Positions 53,313 to 64,000 of a stretch of DNA of 64,000 nt are shown in pieces. A program made the translations under genes and the position numbers. The notes under the pieces were generated by a model. The model saw only the letters and a list, made by a program, of their open reading frames with translations. It did no database searches and was not told the DNA's origin. This DNA comes from Octopus vulgaris (Eukaryota): assembly GCA_951406725.2 (NCBI GenBank), contig OX597814.1, forward strand, positions 95,356,001 to 95,420,000, given 5' to 3'. The number at the start of each line of letters is the position of its first letter. Position 1 is the stretch's first letter.

Positions 53313-53501
53313 CTATGGATATGTGATGTCTTCATCAGTAGATCTATAATGGAAAATATATGAATGCATTGCTGCTTACAGACACTATAGTACAGAGATC
53401 TATGATACATAGAATAGCTCAAGATAGCTCAAGTACATAAATACATTCAATTTGCTTTGCAAAAGACTTTTGCAAGAGTGCTTGAATCACCAAGATCAAC
53501 A

Positions 53502-53721
53502 TTAACCCTATTGATATCAATCTGTCTGAAGATGCCTCTGGTTCTAAGATACAAACTTCCCAAAGGATCTAAATTAAGAGCTTCCATCAAAATTTCACGT
53601 CAATTTATGTTCCAAACACTAGTTTAATAATGACAAAGTTATTTTACCAAATTCTTCTTTATTTTAAAAACTGAAACAAAGGTAGCATATTTCAACATGC
53701 ATATGGTGACAAAAGGGTTAA
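53502..53721. mobile_element. TTAA-type MITE, family 2
   Basis: TTAAccctattgat ... gacaaaagggTTAA; related copies near 46708-46880 and 1340-1520. Confidence 0.7.
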
Positions 53722-55055
53722 AAATAAAATTTAGGGATGAGTTGTTGTATGAAAAATATTGCATAACTAAAGCAAAAATTACTTTTTGTGCAATGTGATT
53801 TGCAAAAAGGGGTCAAAAACAGTGAAGAAAACAAGGTAAATGCAATAATGGACACAAATTTTGATGGGATTAGTTCTTTGACTATAGTGATTGGTACTTT
53901 ATTTTACTGACCTCATAAGAATGAAAGGCAGACTTGACCTAAGAAAAATTTGAACTCAGAATATAAAGAACAGGAACAAATATTGCAAAGCATTTTGTCA
54001 AACACTCAGGTAATTCTTCTGTCAACTCATAACCTTTAGTAATATGAAGATATATGTATAGCTAATACAGAGACACTTGAATGCGAAATCAATGCTATGT
54101 TTAAAAACACAATACATATTGGAAGATGACCATCATCCCAGCAGTGGCTAACAAGATTGTCACAGAAGTGGCAGTAAAATAAGCATTAGTATTTGTTGTG
54201 TGGATGCTCCCAGACGATGAAGTAGGCTAGCCCAATACGTAGATATAGAGGGAGAAGCCTAGACGTCAAGAGTAGAAGAGAAGAGTAGTGTTGAGTAGTA
54301 GAGGCATCCAAACATGCGACATAACAGTATTATAATGTATAATAAAGTTGATTTCATTAACTATAACCCACTCTCTTTTGCATAAATGTGCTCATTGAAA
54401 AAAGAAAATAATCTTTTTGCAAAAATATTCATTATGCTGTCACTGAAAATATTGACTAAGATTGAAAAGAACTGGAAAAGTTCCCTATTCTAAAACAGAA
54501 ACTAATCTAAAATAATACATTCCTAGATTTTACATATGTCATTCATTCTCATTAAATTTACTTCTGAATAGTAAACCAGAGCTGATTAACCCTCATGGGA
54601 CAATCAAGCCGATTGATCGGCCCAAGTGATGCAAGCTGAAAGGACTTTGCAGCTGATTCATCAGCCCGATGGAACAAATGTTGTGAATGGTTGGTTTTGA
54701 AGTGTAATAGCTAATCAGAGATCATCTTTTCAGTAGATGTATCTCAACAGAAAAAAAAAGTGTTAGTCTTTTTGACTAAAAAAATACTAAAACACCATGT
54801 GACTCAAAAAGGTTAAAATATAGAAATGTGAGAGATATTATGCTAACACAAGCCCACTTTGAATTTGTTCAGCAAGTCAATGAAACAAGTAATCAATCAT
54901 ACAGCTCTAGGCCATAGGCTTCATTTCCCAGATCACTTGGTACATTGTGCTCTTGAACAAAACACTTAATTTCACATTACTTCAGTAGACCCAGTTAAAA
55001 ATGAATACCAGCAACAACTGGTTAAGCCTGCAACAGAATGGTATCCCATCTAAGG

Positions 55056-55210
55056 CAGTGCTACGCAACCCTTTTTCACTTGCGGAACACTTATATTCGT
55101 TTCAAAATTCAGCAGCACACCTGAACTAAAAGTATAGGGAAGACATTATATTCAGGTTTCACTGGGGCACACCTAGCATCATCTCATGGCACACTGGTTG
55201 TGGAGCACTG
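55056..55210. mobile_element. hAT-type MITE nested in an old family B SINE
   Basis: TIRs cagtgctacgcaacc / ggttgtggagcactg; 8-bp TSD atctaagg / atctatag. Confidence 0.8.
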
Positions 55211-55777
55211 ATCTATAGGAAGGTCTTGCACTCTCAGTCACTTAAATGCCACAGAAACCAGGATAAGTTTCAGCCTAATGAGACTGCAGGCTCATAACAG
55301 ACTAAAGACCAAAGACCTATTTACAGCTAAGTAGGATGGGCCAAAGAAAGTTATGATCTAATGATTCTTCAGTTTGTAGTGCAAAGCTTTAATCGACTTA
55401 ACCTGCTGTAAATCCCAAAAGTGATCAGAGGAATAAGATTGAAGTATTATCTGTTGGAAATGTAATACTAACTCTAAAGGTTTAAATGTATCCAAAAGAG
55501 ATTGAGAAAACAGCTGTTTCTAAAGTGTCACTAATAGACATTGAAAGAGAAATAAGTTGTTGGGTTATTTCTTCCTTTGCTTGTTTCTTCTTATTTATTA
55601 GTCCCAAGAGAAAAGGAAGGCCACTATAGTCTAGTTCTACCTTCATAGACTGATCCATTGAAACAACTGGGGGTGGTTAATATAATCTCAACCAGATTTA
55701 GCAATATATAAAATATATCAGATATTGAACAATGTTAAAAAAAACAATTATGTTGACTACAGAATGGCCTGGTCCCT

Positions 55778-56006
55778 TTAACCTTTTAGTATTCAAACCA
55801 ACCATATCAGGCCCAAATATTCAACATGTTTTGTGTTCAAACTGACCAGATCTGGACTCTCACACCTACCCCACAATGTCATTCTAAAAGTACACAATCA
55901 CATCATTGAAATCTCAAAGCTACAAGATAATGCATGATTAATTCAAAACGATGTGAATAAATAAACATTACATTTGATAGAATAATATGAACCACTAAAA
56001 GGTTAA
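55778..56006. mobile_element. TTAA-type MITE, family 1
   Basis: TTAAccttttag ... ctaaaaggTTAA. Confidence 0.8.
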
Positions 56007-57531
56007 ACTACATCCTTTGATGAATAGATCCTCTGAAATCACTTCTATGTTTTTGTGGAGACCCTCTAAAAGATTTTCTAACATTATTTATCTTGATGCA
56101 AAAACTAACAATCTGAGAGAGAGAGAGAGACAACATTTTGAAATTGATCTTAACAAGATTAGGATTACAATTCATTCTCAAGGATCTATACATACAGACA
56201 TCTAAGCGTGAACAATGGTATATGCAAGAAACTAAGCAGAAAAAGAGTGACTCATCAGCTACTTCCAAAGAAACATATTCCACAGGGACTGAGTATTCTT
56301 TCTCTCATTTGTAACCCCAAACACACACACACACACACACACATTAATGCTGTTCCCCCTGGTGAAGCGGTCTGCAAGAGTCCCCATGCCAGTACCATGT
56401 AAAAAGCACTCGTGCCTTTAACATGGCACTGGCATGAGTGCTATGTTAAGGGCACCCAGCACACACTATAAAGTGGTTGGCATTAGAAGGGCATCCAGCC
56501 TTAGAAACCAAACCAAATCAAACTGGAACCTGGTGAGGCTCTCCAGCTTGCCAGCTCTGGTCAAACTGTCCATCCCATGCCAGCACGGAAAAATGGATGT
56601 TAAAAGATAATGATGATGAGAAGGAGGAGGAGGATGATATATGGGAAGAGAGAGAGCAAGAGAAGGAGATGCATACATACACAAACATAAATATATGCAT
56701 GTGTGTTTGTGTGTGTGTTTTGTGTTCATGTGTGTTATAATCATCATCCTTATCACTGTCCACTTTAATGTGCCTGTATGGGTCAAATGGAATTCATTAA
56801 GATAAATTTTCTAAAGTCAGATGCTCATTCTGAATGTTTCTTTTGAGTCCTTCAAACATGAACAGCTCAAAGGCTGGATGTCTTTTCATGGAAGATTGAA
56901 AGCAAATAACAACATTTTTATATGAACGGTGACTTTGTTTACAAGCAGCACAGTGTCAAGACAGGAAGACAAACACAGACACATAGATCGGTAGATATAC
57001 ATATCATAGCAGGTTTCTTTCAGTTCCATCCTCCAAATTCACACATAAGGCTTTAACTGGCCCAGCAGGATAATAGAGGGAACTTGCCCAAGGAGCTGTG
57101 CAATTAGGACTGAATCAATAAACAATGCTGATGATGGATATATAAATACACATACATACATTCATGCATGTATGCATATATGTATACCATCATCATCATC
57201 ATCATCATCATCATCGTTTAACATCTGTCTTCCATGCATGCTTGGGTAGGACAGTTGACAGGAGTTGGCCAGGTAGAAGACTACCCCAGGCTACTGTGTC
57301 TGTTTCGACAGGGTTTTTACAGTTCATTAACAAGCAATGATCATACTTATTACTGAACTGACTTTCATCACATTTGTGTGTGAGTGCATGCATGCATGCG
57401 TGTGTGTGTGTGTGTTTGTGAAGAAAAGATCTTATCAATCTGCAAGAATATTTTGACATTAAACACATACACACACGTACGCACACACACACACGTACAC
57501 ACACACGTACACACATACACACACACACACA

Positions 57532-57631
57532 NNNNNNNNNNNNNNNNNNNNNNNNNNNNNNNNNNNNNNNNNNNNNNNNNNNNNNNNNNNNNNNNNNNNN
57601 NNNNNNNNNNNNNNNNNNNNNNNNNNNNNNN
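57532..57631. other. Assembly gap (100 N)
   Basis: N run flanked by microsatellites. Confidence 1.
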
Positions 57632-57979
57632 GGGTGTATGTATATATATGTGGATGTATGTATATATATATATATGTGTGTATGTATTTATATATATGTG
57701 TGTATGTATATATGTGTGTCTATGTATATATGTGTGCATGTGTCTATGTACATATGTAAGCACAGGTGCTTTTACATGGCACTAGCACAGGGCTCTTGCA
57801 GGCCAATCCTTTTCAGCAGTGGGAGCAGCATTAACAGTTCTGCTGTGGAGGACAGATCTTCTTGAGCACAGCAAGGTATCAGATATCTGAGTCCTTTGTT
57901 GTTTCCTCCACAAGGTTCACTCTCCTGAGACTATCCTGCAGTACATATACATACATATATATACACACACACACACACA

Positions 57980-58845
57980 CAGAGGGTGCGGTGAATATAT
58001 TATCATCTAAATTATACAAAAATGAATATAACACTGATATCTCATTTTAACTGATATATTTACTAAAATTACATTGAAATGCCTTGAAATACTAAAGAGA
58101 AAATTTATTCAATAAAATCACCATTGGCTTCAACCACAGCCTCCAGACGACTTTGGAATCTCCTGCAACTCTTCTGGACAGTCTTCTTGTTTAAGTTGGT
58201 AAACACTGCCATAATCTTTGCTTTCAGTTCATCTTTGGTGTTACTAGGAGTTTTGTTGGTCTCTTGCTCAACTGTTCCCCACACATAATAATAATCAAGG
58301 GGGTTGCAGTCTGGGGGGTTAAATGGCCAGATTTTAGGGGTGATGTGGTCACAGAAATTGTCTGATAGCCATGACTGGTTTCTCCTGCTTGTGTGGCATG
58401 GTGAAGAGTCCTTTTGCTAGACATAGGGTCTTCCAGCAGCTACTCTCTTAGCCCAGGGCAGCATTACCTCCTCCAGGCACTCGATGTAAGCCTCCATGTT
58501 GAGTCTGAGTTTGTGTGGGAAGATGAAGGCATAATGTCACCATCACTAGTGATCACTCCAAATACAATGATGTTGCCTGGATGTTTGATTTTTATCACTC
58601 TCGGTACATGTTTTGGGGACATGGCAAGCCAGTGGTTGTTCTGTGTGTTCACCATTTGTTCGTATTGGCACTTCCAGCATGAATACCAAACAGTACAGCA
58701 TGTCGTTTCCAAATTTTTGGCATGGTGCTGTTTTTCTCACAGACGGTGCCCAACAAACCCTACTATACTGTGTAGTTGACAAAATCAAAAGCAATGCGCA
58801 TGTGTAAAAGTAAAATTATAAGATGGTAGCAATTTACCCATCATA
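57980..58845 (-). mobile_element. Degraded Tc1/mariner DD37D (maT-like) transposon
   Basis: NNHWLAMSPKHVPRVIKIKHPGNIIVFGVITSDGDIMP followed, across frameshifts, by KIWP..PDCNPLDY..VWG and RLEAVVEANGDFIE. Confidence 0.85.
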
Positions 58846-59044
58846 TATATTTTATACCATTGGGTTTTACCATTGGGTACCCTCTTTTCTCTCTTTTCTC
58901 TTTTACTTGTTTCAGTCATTTGACTGCGGCCAAGCTGGAGCACCGCCTTTTAGTCGAGCAAATCGACCCCGGGACTTATTCTTTTGTAAGCCCAGTACTT
59001 ATTCTATCGGTCTGTGTGTATGTATATATATATATATATATAGA

Positions 59045-59370
59045 TGTGAAGTCACATGGCTTAGTGGTTAGGGCATTCGGCTCACAATCGTAAGATTGTG
59101 AGTTCAATTCTTGGCAACGCATTGTATCCTTGAACAAGACACTTTATTTCACTTTACTCCAGTCCACTCAGCAGGCAAAAATGAGCAGTACCTGTTTTTC
59201 AAAGGGCCAGCCTTGTCACACTCTGTGTCACACTGAATCTCCCCGAGAACTATGTTAAGGGTACACATGTCTGTGAAGTGCTCAGCCACTTGTACGTTAA
59301 TTTCACGAGCAAGCTGTTCCATTGATTGTATCAGCTGGGACCCTCATCGTTGTAACCAATGGAGTACTCC
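59045..59370 (+). mobile_element. SINE family B variant
   Basis: tggcttagtggttagggcattcggctcac...gagttcaattc head and ccagtccactcagc core. Confidence 0.85.
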
Positions 59371-59387
59371 TCTCTCTCTCTCTCTTT

Positions 59388-59487
<100 letters not shown>

Positions 59488-60619
59488 TACATATATGCAT
59501 GTGTACATACGTGTGTCTGTGTTTAGATGTGTCAGTATATCTTTATGTGTATATAAATGTATATATGTTGATGTATCCTGAGTGTGTGTGGGTGTTAGTT
59601 TACCTATATATGGAGGCAAGGCTGTCTATACATTTGTGACATGAATATGCGCTCTTGTAAATATGTGTTTGTATGTGTACCAACTAGCGTCCATGGAGAT
59701 GAACTGTAATGAACAGCCTAGCTGATACACAAATGCCCAATTACTGTGATATCATGTTGAGATCTTTGAAACCTCATAGCTATTGCTACATGGCTCTTTT
59801 TTTTTTTTGTCATAGACACAATAATAATTCAACAGCTTTATTATCTATTAAGATGAGAAATATTAATTTTTCCCCTACTATATAAATAAGTAAATTCTTT
59901 AACCAATTTAGCTGCATTTCTTTCAGCTTATGTTCTAAGTTCAAATTCTCCCAAGGTTGACTTTGCCTTTTATCCTTTCAGGGTTGATAAAATATATACC
60001 ATTCAAGCATTGGGGTCAATTAATTGACTTGCTTCTCCCCTTAAGTTTCAGGCCTATAAGAGAAAGGATTATTGATACCATAACATTGTCTACAATCTTG
60101 TAATAAATCCTACAGTTCTTGGAAGTGGTAAAGAAAAAGAACCCTATAAACCCAAAGATTATTTCATGCATGAGTAATCAATAGTTGTAAATGTTGTGAA
60201 CTTTTGTTGAGTTGACAACATAAAGAGGGATGAATAGTACTGTGAATTCAAAAGTAACAAGAGTCCCATCGGTAAAAAAAAAAACAAGAGATAAAGATAG
60301 AAAATAAATCATTTAGACTGGTGAATAAAAAAAGAGTTCATCAAAAGAAGTCTACACATTTCAGAGGTAAATGAAAGAACTCTCTAAAAACTCTAAAAAA
60401 CTCTTTATTTATTCCATAAATGTTATCGACCTCTTAATTAAAGTTCTTGCATTTTGGTTATACTCAACGGTTATATTTGTTATTTTCAACTCTTCTGACT
60501 TCTTTGATTACTGCTTCTTCTGCTGTAAGCAAGCTGGTTTGCTGAGCTCGCTCACAGACTGTTGTGCTGTAGGTGGTTTCAGGAGGCTGCATGCAGCATA
60601 ACAATATATATATATAGAT

Positions 60620-61170
60620 ATAATATAAAAATTGAAAGGTATAATGAATAAACACTCCAATCAGTCAAAATAACTTTATATCATTCCCAAATTATCAAAA
60701 ATCGAATATAAATATATATTAAAATAACAAGGCACCCAATGGTAAAACCCAATGGTATAAAATATACACATATACATGAATAAAAGGTGATAACACCTAA
60801 AAGGGTAATACGAATGAAGTCGAATGAAAAAAAATATATGGAATAAATTAATGCATAATAAAGGTGACTAAAAATTTAAGGCAACAGAGTTAAAATAATA
60901 TAAGTATATAAAAATACAAGAGTATAAATATAGAAATAATATATAAGTTAACCAGAACAGATCTCTATGATTGTTTCAAAGGATGCTGCTTCACATCGTT
61001 AACGTACAATCCATTAAGGAAATCCAACAGCAGCACCTTTTCATCAGGAGAAAACTTACAAATTGGGTGTCCTATTATTTTAATATATTCAGTTTTTGAT
61101 AATTTGGGAATGATATAAAGTTGTTTTGACCGATTGGAGTGTTAATTCATTATACCTTTCAATTTATTTA
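60620..61170 (-). mobile_element. Penelope-like element remnant: 90-bp inverted repeats enclosing a decayed hammerhead
   Basis: 60625-60712 and 61083-61170 are inverted; tctc-CTGATGA-aaaggtgctgct...agcagcatccttt-GAAA-caatca-TA-gaga at 61051-60962. Confidence 0.6.
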
Positions 61171-61295
61171 TCCTTTTGCCTCGGTGTCACCTGAGCACTT
61201 CCACTGCTGCAGTCCTATTTTTATTTTTGTTCTTTGGTTTAACAAAATTGCTTTTTGATTTAACGAAGTTATAATATTATCCTCTTTATATATAA

Positions 61296-61458
61296 AGGAG
61301 TGGCAGTGTGGTAAGTAGCTTGCTTACCAACCACGTGGTTCCAGGTTCATTCCCACTGCATGGCACCTTGGGCAATTGTCTTCTACTTTTGCCTCGGGCT
61401 GACCAAAGCCTTGTGAGTGGATTTGGTAGACAGAAACTGAAAGAAGCCTGTCGTATAA

Positions 61459-61514
<56 letters not shown>

Positions 61515-61734
61515 GTGAGTATATGTTTGTGTGTCTGTGTTTGTCCCCCCCACCCAACATCGCTTGACAACCGATGCTGGTGTGTTTACGTCTCCGTAAC
61601 TTAGCAGTTCGGCAAAAGAGGCCGATAGAATAAGTTGTAGGCTTACAAAAGAATAAGTCCTGGGGTCGATTTGCTCGACTAAAGGCGGTGCTCCAGTATG
61701 GCCACAGTAAAAAATGACTGAAACAAGTAAAAGA

Positions 61735-61735
<1 letters not shown>
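61296..61735 (+). mobile_element. SINE family A, young copy
   Basis: Collinear with the reverse complement of 40120-40530. Confidence 0.92.
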
Positions 61736-62880
<1,145 letters not shown>

Positions 62881-64000
62881 TCATCATCATCATCATCATC
62901 GTTTAACGTCCGCTTTCCGCGCTAGCACGGGTTGGACGGTTTGACCGGGTCTGGGAAGCCAGGGGCCGCTCCAGGCTCCAGTCTGAATCTGGCAGAGTTT
63001 CTACGGCTGGATGCCCTTCCTAACGCCAACCACTCCGTGAGTGGATTGGGTGCTTTTTACGTGCCACCTGCACAGGGGCCGGAGGGTCCGGCATCGTCAC
63101 GATCGGATTCGAGCATTTTAACGTGTCAGCGGCACGGGGGCAACGAGGTCCGGGGTACTTTCGGGGTATTTTGGGGATCCAGGGTACTTTGGGGATCCGG
63201 GGTACTTTGGGGATCCGGGGTACTTAGAATGGGTAGGGGGGTACTTAGAATGGGTAGGGGGTACTTAGAATGGTAGGGGGTATGTGGAATTGCTGCAGAA
63301 AGCAGCCCGGGTCTTTGTAGTCACAGCATATCTCCAGAGATCTCGGTCCTTCGCCATTGCCTCAGTGAGGCTGCTCTGAGGTCATGCTTGACCACCTCAT
63401 CCCATGTCTTCCTGGGTCTACCTCTCCCCCTGATACCTTCAACTGTTTGGGAGTGGCACTTCTTCACATCTCTCTTCATCCATCCGCAGCACATGACCAT
63501 ACCATCGCAAGCGTCGCTCTTGCACACCACATCTGATGCTTCTTATATCCAGCATTTCTCTCAGGATACTTACACTCTGTTTTGCGTGCACACTGACACT
63601 ACACATCCAGCGGATCATGCTAGCTTCATTTCTTTCAAGTCTACGCATGTCTTCTGCAGTCACAGCCCATGTTTCATTACCGTGAAGCATGGCAGTTCGC
63701 ACACATGCATCATATAATCTACCTTTTGCTCTGAGGGAGAGGCCTTTTGTTGCCAGTAGGGGTAGGAGCTTTCTGAACTTTGCCCAGGCTATTCGTATTC
63801 TAGTGGTGATACTCTCTGTGCATCCACCTCCGCTACTAACTTGGTCTCCCAGGTAGCGGAAACTATCAACTACTTCTAGTTTCTCTCCCTGGAGTGTGAT
63901 GGAATCTGTTTTCTGAGTGTCTGTTGTGTCTATTGTCCCTGTGCATCTGCCGCACATGTAAGCTATCTTATCTGTTAATTTCCCTTTAATGTTGCTGCAC
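62881..64000 (-). mobile_element. RTE-clade LINE, 3' portion (continues beyond window)
   Basis: (GAT)n tail at 62881-62900, CpG-rich 3' UTR and ORF C-terminus. Confidence 0.95.
63265..64000 (-). pseudogene. RTE ORF C-terminus (end of RT/thumb region) with two frameshifts
   Basis: LEVVDSFRYLG...RIRIAWAKF...LYDACVRTAMLHGNETW...RRLRWYGHVLR, shift near 63467, VEGIRGRGRPRKTW, shift near 63373, DRDLWRYAV...PLPF* (TAA 63267-63265). Confidence 0.92.

Overview
Eukaryotic, AT-rich DNA saturated with microsatellites, SINEs and transposon relics. The repeat families resemble those of octopod cephalopods (Octopus); this is inferred from recalled repeat families and was not checked by a search. Almost all of the supplied ORF track is spurious translation of (TA)n, (CA)n and (TATG)n. 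The only clearly recognisable protein-coding material is transposon-derived: an RTE-clade LINE C-terminus at 63265-64000 (-) with a Cys/His finger-like insert, older RTE fragments, two mariner relics and a DD37D/maT-type relic. Non-coding elements include three tRNA-derived SINE families, TA-, TTAA- and hAT-type MITEs, two Helitron-like elements, a 706-bp tandem duplication inside a 3.4-kb head-to-tail SINE array, and a 100-N gap. No host gene can be named. A SINE-free island at about 21.1-24.8 kb looks like a minus-strand terminal exon (Ser-rich stalk plus hydrophobic C-terminus) with a 3' UTR, and a few other candidate exons exist on both strands. The most striking observation is a set of sequence-unrelated minimal type I hammerhead ribozyme motifs of the Penelope-like-element type. 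Five lie within 25.4-32.6 kb, all on the minus strand, and one (32494-32590) has a fully canonical core. Boundaries of old repeats are approximate.
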